A stretch of DNA of 64,000 nt, from the NCBI RefSeq assembly GCF_009914755.1, contig NC_060946.1. One strand, 5' to 3'. Source of the stretch: the human T2T-CHM13v2.0 reference genome, Homo sapiens. The first letter of the stretch is position 1; each line of letters starts with the position of its first letter. Positions 46,960 through 61,851 of this stretch are shown here, piece after piece. The position numbers and the translations under genes are program-made. Below the pieces are notes generated by a model that did not search any database, was not told the DNA's origin, and was given only the letters and a program-made list of their open reading frames with translations.

Positions 46960-48023
46960 GTACATAAAATATGAAATCACATCAAATATATATTATATTA
47001 GGTACATAAAATATGAAAGTACATCAAATATAGATTATATACTGTACATTAAATACCAAAGTACCCCAAATATATATTTTATACTGTACATGAAATATCA
47101 AAGTTCACAAACTATATGTTATATACTGTACATAAAATATCAAAGTACCCGAGGTATATATTCTATACAGTACAAAAAATATCAAAGTACCCAAAGCATG
47201 TATTATATACTGTACATAAAATATGAAAGTACATCAAATATATATTTTATTCTGTACATAAAATATCAAAGTACACCAGATATATATTCTATAGTGTACA
47301 TAAAATATAAAAGTACCCAAACTATACATTATATACTGTACATAAAATATGAAATTACATCAAATATATTTTATATTAGGTACATAAAATATGAAAGTAC
47401 ATCAAATATAGATTATATACTGTACATTAAATACCAAAGTACCCCAAATATATATTTTGTACTGTACATGAAATATCAAAGTTCACAAACTACATATTAT
47501 ATACTGTACATATAATATCAAAGTACCCGAGGTATATATTCTATACTGTACAAAAAATAACAAAGTACCAAAAGCATGTAATATATACTGTACCTAAAAT
47601 ATGAAAGTACATCAAATATATATTTTATTCTTTACATAAAATATCAAAGTACACCAGATATATATTCTATAGTGTACATAAAATATCAAAGTACCCAAAC
47701 TATACATTATATACTGTACATAAAATATGAAATTACATCAAATATATTTTATATTAGGTACATAAAATATGAAAGTACATCAAATATAGATTATATACTG
47801 TACATTAAATACCAAAGTACCCCGAATATATATTTTATACTGTACATAAAATATCAAATTTCACAAACTATATATTATATACTGTACATAAAATATCAAA
47901 GTACCCAAGGTATATATTCTATACTGTACAAAAAATAACAAAGTACCAAAAGCATGTATTATACACTGTATCTAAAATATGAGGAGTACATCAAATACAT
48001 ATTTTATTCTGTACATAAAATAA

Positions 48024-51000
48024 CAAAGTACACCAGATATATATTCTATAGTGTACATAAAATAACAAAGTACAAAAACTATAAAATACATACTGTACAT
48101 AAAATATGAAATTACATCAAATATATATTAAGTACATAAAATATGAAAGTACATCAAATATAGATTATATACTGTACATAAAATATCAATGTACCCCAAA
48201 TATATATGTTATACTCTACATGAAATATCAAAGTTCACAAACCATATATTATATACTGTACATAAAATATCAAAGTACCCAAGTTATATATTCTATAATA
48301 TACAAAAAATATCAAAGTACCCAAAGCATGTATTATATACTGTACATAAAATATGAAAGTACATCAAATATATATTTTATTCTTTACATAAAATATCAAA
48401 GTACACCAGATATATATTCTATAGTGTACATAAAATATCAAAGTACCCAAACTATACATTATATACTGTACATAAAATATGAGATTACATCAAATATATA
48501 TTATATTAGGTACATAAAATATGAAAGTACATCAAATATAGATTATATACTGTACATAAAATATCAAAGTACCCCAAATATATATTTTATACTCGACATG
48601 AAATATCAAAGTTCAGAAACCATATCTTATATACTGTACATAAAATATCAAAGTACCCAAGGTATATATTCTATACTGTACAAAAAATATCAAAGTACCC
48701 TAATCAAGTATTATATACTGTACATAAAATATGAAAGTACATCAAATATATATTTTATTCTGTACATAAAATATCAAAGTACACCAGATATATATTCTAT
48801 AGTGTACATAAAATATCAAAGTACCCAAACTATACATTATATACTGTACATAAAATATGAAATTACATCAAATATATATTATATTAGGTACATAAAATAT
48901 GAAAGTACATCAAATATATATTATATACTGTACATAAAATATCAAAGTACCCAAATATATATTACATACTCTACATGAAATATCAAAGTTCACAAACTAT
49001 ATATTATATACTGTACATAAAATGTCAAAGTACCGAAGGTATATATTCTATATTGTACAAAAAATATCAATGTACCCAAAGCATGTATTATATACTGTAT
49101 ATAAAATATGAAATTACATCAAATATATATTATATTCTGTACATAAAATATCAAAGTATACCAGATATATATTCTAGAGTGTACATAAAATATCAAAGTA
49201 CCCAAACTATACATTATATACTGTACATAAAATATGAAATTGCATCAAATATATATTAGGTACATAAAATATGAAAGTACATCAAATATAGATTATATAC
49301 TGTACATAAAATATCAAAGTACCCCAAATATACATTATATAGTCTACATGAAATATCAAAATACACAAACTATATATTATATAGTGTACTTAAAATATCA
49401 AAGTACCCAAGGTATGTATTCTATACTGTACAAAAAATATCAAAGTTCCCAAAGTAAGTATTATATACCGTACATAAAATATGAAAGTACATCAAATATA
49501 TATTTTATTCTCTACATAAAATATGAAAGTACACAAGATATATATTTTATATATAATATAAATACATAAGTACACAAAATATCAAAGTACACAAACTATA
49601 TATTATGTACTGTACATAAAATATGAAATTTCATCAAATATATATTAGGTACATAAAATATGAAAGTACATCAAATATAGATTGTATACTGTACATAAAA
49701 TATCAAAGTACACCAAATATATATTATATACTGAACATGAAATATCAAAGTTCACAAACTATATATTATATACTGTACATAAAATATCAAAGTACCCAAG
49801 GTATATATTCTATACTGTTCAAAAAATATCAAAGTACCCAAAGCATGTATTATATATTGTACATAAAATATGAAAGTACATCAAATATATATTTTATTCT
49901 GTACATAAAATACCAAAGTACACCAGATATATATTATATGGTGTACATAAAATATCAATGTACCCAAACTATACATTATATACTGTACATAAAATATCAA
50001 ATTACATCAAATATATATTATATTAGGTACATAAAATATGAAAGTACATCAAATATATATTTTATTCTGTACATAAAATATCAAAGTACACCAGATATAT
50101 ATTCTATAGTGTACATAAAATATCAAAGTAGCCAAACTATACATTATATACTGTACATAAAATATGAAATTACATCAAATATATATTATATTAGGTACAT
50201 AAAATATGAAAGTACATGAAATATAGATTATATACTGTACATAAAATATCAAAGTACCCCAAATATATATTACATACTCTACATGAAATATCAAATTTCA
50301 CAAGCTATATATTATATAGTGTACATAAATTATCAAAGTACCCAAGGTATACATTCTATGCTGTACAAAAAATATCAAAGTACCCAAAGCATGTATTATA
50401 TACTGTACATAAAATATGAAAGTATATCAAATATATATTTTATTCTGTACATAAAATATCAAAGTACACCAGATATGTATTCTATAGTGTACATAAAATA
50501 ACAAAGTACAAAAACTATAAAATATATACTGTACATAAAATATGAAATTACATCAAATATATATTAAGTACATAAAATATGAAAGTACATCAAATATAGA
50601 TTATATACTGTACATATAATATCAATGTACCCCAAATATATATTTTGTACTCTACATGAAATATCAAAGTTCACAAACCATATATTATATAGTGTACATA
50701 AAATATCAAAGTACCCAAGGTATATATTCTATACTGTACAAAAAATATCAAAGTACCCAAAGCCTGTATTATATACTGTACATAAAATATGAAAGTACAT
50801 CAAATATATATTTTATTCTGTACATAAAATATCAAAGTACACCAGATATATATTCTATAGTGTACATAAAATATCAAAGTACCCAAACTATACATTATAT
50901 ACTGTACATAAAATATGAAATTACATCAAATATATATTATATTAGGTACATAAAATATGAAAGTACATCAAATATAGATTATATACTGTACATAAAATAT

Positions 51001-54000
51001 CAAAGTACCCCAAATATATATTATATAGTGTACATGAAATATCAAACTTCACAAACTATATATTATATACTGTACATAAAATAGCAAAGTACCGAAGGTA
51101 TATATTCTATCCTGTACAAAAAATATCAAGGTACCCAAAGCATGTATTATATACTGTATATAAAATATGAAAGTACATCAAATATATATTTTATTCTGTA
51201 CATAAAATATCAAAGTACACCAGATATATATTCTATAGTGTACATAAAATAACAAAGTACAAAAACTATAAATTATATTCTGTACATAAAATATGAAATT
51301 ACATCAAATATATATTGGTACATAAAATATGAAAGTACATCCAATATAGATTATATACTGTACAGAAAATATCAATGTACCACAAATATATATTTTATAC
51401 TCTACATGAAATATCAAAGTTCACAAACCATATATTATATACTGTACATAAAATATCAAAGTACCCAAGGTATATATTCTATACTGTACAAAAAATATCA
51501 AAGTACCCAAAGCATGTATTATATACTGTACATAAAATATGAAAGTACATCAAATATATATTTTATTCTGTACATAAAATATCAAAGTACACCAGATATA
51601 TATTCTATAGTGTACATAAAATATCAAAGTACCCAAACTATACATTATATACTGTACATAAAATATGAAATTACATCAAATATATATTATATTAGGTACA
51701 TAAAATATGAAAGTACATCAAATATAGATTATATACTGTACATAAAATATCAAAGTACCCCAAATATATATTATATACTGTATATGAAATATCAAAGTTC
51801 ACAAACTATATATTATATACTGTACATAAAATATTAAAGTACCCAAGGTATATATTCTATACTGCACAAAAAAATCAAAGTACCCAAAGCATGTATTATA
51901 TACTGTATATAAAATATGAAAGTACATCAAATATATATTTTATTCTGTACATTATATATCAAAGTACACCAGATATATATTCTATAGTGTACATAAAATA
52001 ACAAAGTACACAAACTATAAATTATATACTGTACATAAAATATGAAATTACATCAAATATATATTAGGTACATAAAATATGAAAGTACATCAAATATAGA
52101 TTATATACTGTACATAAAATATCAATGTACCCCAAATATATATTTTATACTCTACATGAAATATCAAAGTTCACAAACCATATATTGTATACTGTACATA
52201 AAATATCAAAGTACCAAAGGTATGTATTCTATACTGTACAAAAAATATCAAAGTACCCAAAGCATGTATTATATACTGTACATAAAATATGAAAGTACAT
52301 CAAAAATATATATTTAATTCTGTACATAAAATATCAAAGTACACCAGATATATATTCTATAGTGTACATAAAATATCAAAGTACCCAAACTATTTATTAT
52401 ATACTGTACATAAAATATGAAATTACATCAAATATGTATTATATTAGGAACATAAAATACGAAAGTACATCAAATATAGATTATATACTGTACATAAAAT
52501 ATCAAAGTACCCCAAATATATATTATATACTCTACATGAAATATCAAAGTTCACAAACTATATATTATATACTGTACATAAAATATCAAAGTACCCAAGG
52601 TATATATTCTATACTGTACAAAAAATATCAAAGTACCCAAAGCATGTATTATATACTGTACATAAAATATGAAAGTACATCAAATATATATTTTATTCTG
52701 TACATAAAATATCAAAGTACACCAGATATATATATCTATAGTGTACATAAAATATCAAAGTATGCAAACTATACATTATATACAGTACATAAAATATGAA
52801 ATCACATCAAATATATATTATATTAGGTACATAAAATATGAAAGTACATCAAATATAGATTATATACTGTACATTAAATACCAAAGTACCCCAAATATAT
52901 ATTTTATACTGTACATGAAATATCAAAGTTCACAAACTATATGTTATATACTGTACATAAAATATCAAAGTACCCGAGGTATATATTCTATACAGTACAA
53001 AAAATATCAAAGTACCCAAAGCATGTATTATATACTGTACATAAAATATGAAAGTACATCAAATATATATTTTATTCTGTACATAAAATATCAAAGTACA
53101 CCAGATATATATTCTATAGTGTACATAAAATATAAAAGTACCCAAACTATACATTATATACTGTACATAAAATATGAAATTACATCAAATATATTTTATA
53201 TTAGGTACATAAAATATGAAAGTACATCAAATATAGATTATATACTGTACATTAAATACCAAAGTACCCCAAATATATATTTTGTACTGTACATGAAATA
53301 TCAAAGTTCACAAACTACATATTATATACTGTACATATAATATCAAAGTACCCGAGGTATATATTCTATACTGTACAAAAAATAACAAAGTACCAAAAGC
53401 ATGTAATATATACTGTACCTAAAATATGAAAGTACATCAAATATATATTTTATTCTTTACATAAAATATCAAAGTACACCAGATATATATTCTATAGTGT
53501 ACATAAAATATCAAAGTACCCAAACTATACATTATATACTGTACATAAAATATGAAATTACATCAAATATATATTAGGTACATAAAATATGAAAGTACAT
53601 CAAATATAGATTATATACTGTACATAAAATATCAAAGTACCCCAAATATATATTATATACTGTACATGAAATATCAGAGTTCACAAACTATATATTATAT
53701 ACTGTACATAAAATATCAAAGTACCCAAGGTATATATTCTATACTGTACAAAAAATATCAAAGTACCCAAAGCATGTATTATATACTGTACATAAAATAT
53801 GAAAGTACATCAAATATATATTTTATTCTGTACATAAAATATCAAAGTACACCAGATATATATTCTATAGTGTACATAAAATAACAAAGTACAAAAACTA
53901 TAAAATACATACTGTACATAAAATATGAAATTACATCAAATATATATTAAGTACATAAAATATGAAAGTACATCAAATATAGATTATATACTGTACATAA

Positions 54001-57000
54001 AATATCAATGTACCCCAAATATATATGTTATACTCTACATGAAATATCAAAGTTCACAAACCATATATTATATACTGTACATAAAATATCAAAGTACCCA
54101 AGTTATATATTCTATAATATACAAAAAATATCAAAGTACCCAAAGCATGTATTATATACTGTACATAAAATATGAAAGTACATCAAATATATATTTTATT
54201 CTTTACATAAAATATCAAAGTACACCAGATATATATTCTATAGTGTACATAAAATATCAAAGTACCCAAACTATACATTATATACTGTACATAAAATATG
54301 AGATTACATCAAATATATATTATATTAGGTACATAAAATATGAAAGTACATCAAATATAGATTATATACTGTACATAAAATATCAAAGTACCCCAAATAT
54401 ATATTTTATACTCGACATGAAATATCAAAGTTCAGAAACCATATCTTATATACTGTACATAAAATATCAAAGTACCCAAGGTATATATTCTATACTGTAC
54501 AAAAAATATCAAAGTACCCTAATCAAGTATTATATACTGTACATAAAATATGAAAGTACATCAAATATATATTTTATTCTGTACATAAAATATCAAAGTA
54601 CACCAGATATATATTCTATAGTGTACATAAAATATCAAAGTACCCAAACTATACATTATATACTGTACATAAAATATGAAATTACATCAAATATATATTA
54701 TATTAGGTACATAAAATATGAAAGTACATCAAATATATATTATATACTGTACATAAAATATCAAAGTACCCAAATATATATTACATACTCTACATGAAAT
54801 ATCAAAGTTCACAAACTATATATTATATACTGTACATAAAATGTCAAAGTACCGAAGGTATATATTCTATATTGTACAAAAAATATCAATGTACCCAAAG
54901 CATGTATTATATACTGTATATAAAATATGAAATTACATCAAATATATATTATATTCTGTACATAAAATATCAAAGTATACCAGATATATATTCTAGAGTG
55001 TACATAAAATATCAAAGTACCCAAACTATACATTATATACTGTACATAAAATATGAAATTGCATCAAATATATATTAGGTACATAAAATATGAAAGTACA
55101 TCAAATATAGATTATATACTGTACATAAAATATCAAAGTACCCCAAATATACATTATATAGTCTACATGAAATATCAAAATACACAAACTATATATTATA
55201 TAGTGTACTTAAAATATCAAAGTACCCAAGGTATGTATTCTATACTGTACAAAAAATATCAAAGTTCCCAAAGTAAGTATTATATACCGTACATAAAATA
55301 TGAAAGTACATCAAATATATATTTTATTCTCTACATAAAATATGAAAGTACACAAGATATATATTTTATATATAATATAAATACATAAGTACACAAAATA
55401 TCAAAGTACACAAACTATATATTATGTACTGTACATAAAATATGAAATTTCATCAAATATATATTAGGTACATAAAATATGAAAGTACATCAAATATAGA
55501 TTGTATACTGTACATAAAATATCAAAGTACACCAAATATATATTATATACTGAACATGAAATATCAAAGTTCACAAACTATATATTATATACTGTACATA
55601 AAATATCAAAGTACCCAAGGTATATATTCTATACTGTTCAAAAAATATCAAAGTACCCAAAGCATGTATTATATATTGTACATAAAATATGAAAGTACAT
55701 CAAATATATATTTTATTCTGTACATAAAATACCAAAGTACACCAGATATATATTATATGGTGTACATAAAATATCAATGTACCCAAACTATACATTATAT
55801 ACTGTACATAAAATATCAAATTACATCAAATATATATTATATTAGGTACATAAAATATGAAAGTACATCAAATATATATTTTATTCTGTACATAAAATAT
55901 CAAAGTACACCAGATATATATTCTATAGTGTACATAAAATATCAAAGTAGCCAAACTATACATTATATACTGTACATAAAATATGAAATTACATCAAATA
56001 TATATTATATTAGGTACATAAAATATGAAAGTACATGAAATATAGATTATATACTGTACATAAAATATCAAAGTACCCCAAATATATATTACATACTCTA
56101 CATGAAATATCAAATTTCACAAGCTATATATTATATAGTGTACATAAATTATCAAAGTACCCAAGGTATACATTCTATGCTGTACAAAAAATATCAAAGT
56201 ACCCAAAGCATGTATTATATACTGTACATAAAATATGAAAGTATATCAAATATATATTTTATTCTGTACATAAAATATCAAAGTACACCAGATATGTATT
56301 CTATAGTGTACATAAAATAACAAAGTACAAAAACTATAAAATATATACTGTACATAAAATATGAAATTACATCAAATATATATTAAGTACATAAAATATG
56401 AAAGTACATCAAATATAGATTATATACTGTACATATAATATCAATGTACCCCAAATATATATTTTGTACTCTACATGAAATATCAAAGTTCACAAACCAT
56501 ATATTATATAGTGTACATAAAATATCAAAGTACCCAAGGTATATATTCTATACTGTACAAAAAATATCAAAGTACCCAAAGCCTGTATTATATACTGTAC
56601 ATAAAATATGAAAGTACATCAAATATATATTTTATTCTGTACATAAAATATCAAAGTACACCAGATATATATTCTATAGTGTACATAAAATATCAAAGTA
56701 CCCAAACTATACATTATATACTGTACATAAAATATGAAATTACATCAAATATATATTATATTAGGTACATAAAATATGAAAGTACATCAAATATAGATTA
56801 TATACTGTACATAAAATATCAAAGTACCCCAAATATATATTATATAGTGTACATGAAATATCAAACTTCACAAACTATATATTATATACTGTACATAAAA
56901 TAGCAAAGTACCGAAGGTATATATTCTATCCTGTACAAAAAATATCAAGGTACCCAAAGCATGTATTATATACTGTATATAAAATATGAAAGTACATCAA

Positions 57001-58534
57001 ATATATATTTTATTCTGTACATAAAATATCAAAGTACACCAGATATATATTCTATAGTGTACATAAAATAACAAAGTACAAAAACTATAAATTATATTCT
57101 GTACATAAAATATGAAATTACATCAAATATATATTGGTACATAAAATATGAAAGTACATCCAATATAGATTATATACTGTACAGAAAATATCAATGTACC
57201 ACAAATATATATTTTATACTCTACATGAAATATCAAAGTTCACAAACCATATATTATATACTGTACATAAAATATCAAAGTACCCAAGGTATATATTCTA
57301 TACTGTACAAAAAATATCAAAGTACCCAAAGCATGTATTATATACTGTACATAAAATATGAAAGTACATCAAATATATATTTTATTCTGTACATAAAATA
57401 TCAAAGTACACCAGATATATATTCTATAGTGTACATAAAATATCAAAGTACCCAAACTATACATTATATACTGTACATAAAATATGAAATTACATCAAAT
57501 ATATATTATATTAGGTACATAAAATATGAAAGTACATCAAATATAGATTATATACTGTACATAAAATATCAAAGTACCCCAAATATATATTATATACTGT
57601 ATATGAAATATCAAAGTTCACAAACTATATATTATATACTGTACATAAAATATTAAAGTACCCAAGGTATATATTCTATACTGCACAAAAAAATCAAAGT
57701 ACCCAAAGCATGTATTATATACTGTATATAAAATATGAAAGTACATCAAATATATATTTTATTCTGTACATTATATATCAAAGTACACCAGATATATATT
57801 CTATAGTGTACATAAAATAACAAAGTACACAAACTATAAATTATATACTGTACATAAAATATGAAATTACATCAAATATATATTAGGTACATAAAATATG
57901 AAAGTACATCAAATATAGATTATATACTGTACATAAAATATCAATGTACCCCAAATATATATTTTATACTCTACATGAAATATCAAAGTTCACAAACCAT
58001 ATATTGTATACTGTACATAAAATATCAAAGTACCAAAGGTATGTATTCTATACTGTACAAAAAATATCAAAGTACCCAAAGCATGTATTATATACTGTAC
58101 ATAAAATATGAAAGTACATCAAAAATATATATTTAATTCTGTACATAAAATATCAAAGTACACCAGATATATATTCTATAGTGTACATAAAATATCAAAG
58201 TACCCAAACTATTTATTATATACTGTACATAAAATATGAAATTACATCAAATATGTATTATATTAGGAACATAAAATACGAAAGTACATCAAATATAGAT
58301 TATATACTGTACATAAAATATCAAAGTACCCCAAATATATATTATATACTCTACATGAAATATCAAAGTTCACAAACTATATATTATATACTGTACATAA
58401 AATATCAAAGTACCCAAGGTATATATTCTATACTGTACAAAAAATATCAAAGTACCCAAAGCATGTATTATATACTGTACATAAAATATGAAAGTACATC
58501 AAATATATATTTTATTCTGTACATAAAATATCAA
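48024..58534 (+). repeat. Second occurrence of the 5,819-bp tandem pair, carried inside the 19,598-bp duplication
   Basis: ORFs 48106/53925, 49623/55442 and 52362/58181 are offset by 5819. The TGCAC marker is at 51863 and 57682. Confidence 0.87.
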
Positions 58535-61500
58535 GGTACACCAGATATATATTCTATAGTGTACATAAAATATCAAAGTACCCAAAGTATAAATTATATA
58601 CTGTACATAAAATATGAAATTACATCAAATATATATTATATTAGGTACATAAAATATGAAAGTACATCAAATATAGATTATATACTGTACATTAAATACC
58701 AAAGTACCCCAAATATATATTTTATACTGTACATGAAATATCAAAGTTCACAAACTCTATGTTATATACTGTACATAAAATATCAAAGTACCCGAGGTAT
58801 ATATTCTATACTGTACAAAAAATATCAAAGTACCCAAAGCATGTATTATATACTGTACATAAAATATGAAAGTACATCAAATATATATTTTATTCTGTAC
58901 ATAAAATATCAAAGTACACCAGATATATATTCTATAGTGTACATAAAATATAAAAGTACCCAAACTATACATTATATACTGTACATAAAATATGAAATTA
59001 CATCAAATATATTTTATATTAGGTACATAAAATATGAAAGTACATCAAATATAGATTATATACTGTACATTAAATACCAAAGTACCCCAAATATATATTT
59101 TATACTGTACATGAAATATCAAAGTTCACAAACTACATATTATATACTGTACATATAATATAAAAGTACCCGAGGTATATATTCTATACTGTACAAAAAA
59201 TAACAAAGTACCAAAAGCATGTAATATATACTGTACCTAAAATATGAAAGTACATCAAATATATATTTTATTCTTTACATAAAATATCAAAGTACACCAG
59301 ATATGTATTCTATAGTGTACATAAAATATCAAAGTACCCAAACTATACATTATATACTGTACATAAAATATGAAATTACATCAAATATATATTAGGTACA
59401 TAAAATATGAAAGTACATCAAATATAGATTATATACTGTACATAAAATATCAAAGTACCCCAAATATATATTATATACTGTACATGAAATATCAGAGTTC
59501 ACAAACTATATATTATATACTGTACATAAAATATCAAAGTACCCAAGGTATATATTCTATACTGTACAAAAAATATCAAAGTACCCAAAGCATGTATTAT
59601 ATACTGTACATAAAATATGAAAGTATATCAAATATATATTTTATTCTGTACATAAAATATCAAAGTACACCAGATATGTATTCTATAGTGTACATAAAAT
59701 AACAAAGTACAAAAACTATAAAATATATACTGTACATAAAATATGAAATTACATCAAATATATATTAAGTACATAAAATATGAAAGTACATCAAATATAG
59801 ATTATATACTGTACATATAATATCAATGTACCCCAAATATATATTTTGTACTCTACATGAAATATCAAAGTTCACAAACCATATATTATATACTGTACAT
59901 AAAATATCAAAGTACCCAAGTTATAAATTCTATACTATATAAAAAATATCAAAGTACCCAAAACATGTATTATATACTGTACATAAAATATGAAAGTACA
60001 TCAAATATATATTTTATCCTTACATAAAATATCAAAGTACACCAGATATATATTCTATAGTGTACATAAAATATCAAAGTACCCAAACTATACATTATAT
60101 ACTGTACATAAAATATGAGATTACATCAAATATATATTATATTAGGTACATAAAATATGAAAGTACATCAAATATAGATTATATACTGTACATAAAATAT
60201 CAAAGTACCCCAAATATATATTATATAGTGTACATGAAATATCAAACTTCACAAACTATATATTATATACTGTACATAAAATATCAAAGTACCCAAGGTA
60301 TATATTCTATCCTGTACAAAAAATATCAAAGTACCCAAAGCATGTATTATATACTGTACATAAAATATGAAAATACATCAAATATATATTTTATTCTGTA
60401 CATAAAATATCAAAGTACACCAGATATATATTCTATAGTGTACATAAAATTACAAAGTACACAAACTATACATTATATACTGTACATAAAATATGAAATT
60501 ACATCAAATATATATTAGGTACATAAAATATGAAAGTACATCAAATATAGATTATATACTGTACATAAAATATCAAAGTACCCCAAATATATATTTTGTA
60601 CTCTACATGAAATATCAAAGTTCACAAACCATATATTATATAGTGTACATAAAATATCAAAGTACCCAAGGTATATATTCTATACTGTACAAAAAATATC
60701 AAAGTACCCAAAACATGTATTATATACTGTACATAAAATATGAAAGTACATCAAATATATATTTTATTCTTTACATAAAATATCAAAGTACACCAGATAT
60801 ATATTCTATAGTGTACATAAAATATCAAAGTACCCAAACTATACATTATATACTGTACATAAAATATGAGATTACATCAAATATATATTATATTAGGTAC
60901 ATAAAATATGAAAGTACATCAAATATAGATTATATACTGTACATAAAATATCAAAGTACCCCAAATATATATTATATACTCTACATGAAATATCAAAGTT
61001 CACAAACTATATATTATATACTGTACATAAAATATCAAAGTACCCAAGGTATATATTCTATACTGTACAAAAAATATCAAAGTACCCAAAGCATGTATTA
61101 TATACTGTACATAAAATATGAAATTACATCAAATATATATTTTATTCTGTACATAAAATATCAAAGTACACCAGATATATATTCTATAGTGTACATAAAA
61201 TTACAAAGTACACAAACTATACATTATATACTGTACATAAAATATGAAATTACATCAAATATATATTAGGTACATAAAATATGAAGTACATCAAATATAG
61301 ATTATATACTGTACATAAAATATCAAAGTACCCCAAATATATATTTTGTACTCTACATGAAATATCAAAGTTCACAAACCATATATTATATAGTGTACAT
61401 AAAATATCAAAGTACCCAAGGTATATATTCTATACTGTACAAAAAATATCAAAGTACCCAAAGCCTGTATTATATACTGTACATAAAATATGAAAGTACA

Positions 61501-61851
61501 TCAAATATATATTTTATTCTGTACATAAAATATCAAAGTACACCAGATATATATTCTATAGTGTACATAAAATATCAAAGTACCCAAACTATACATTATA
61601 TACTGTACATAAAATATGAAATTACATCAAATATATATTAAGTACATAAAATATGAAAGTACATCAAATATATATTATATACTGTACATAAAATATCAAA
61701 GTACCCAAGGTATATATTCTATACTGTACAAAAAATATCAAAGTACCCAAAGCTTGTATTATATACTGTACATAAAATATGAAAGTACATCAAAAATATA
61801 TATTTAATTCTGTACATAAAATATCAAAGTACACCAGATATATATTCTATA

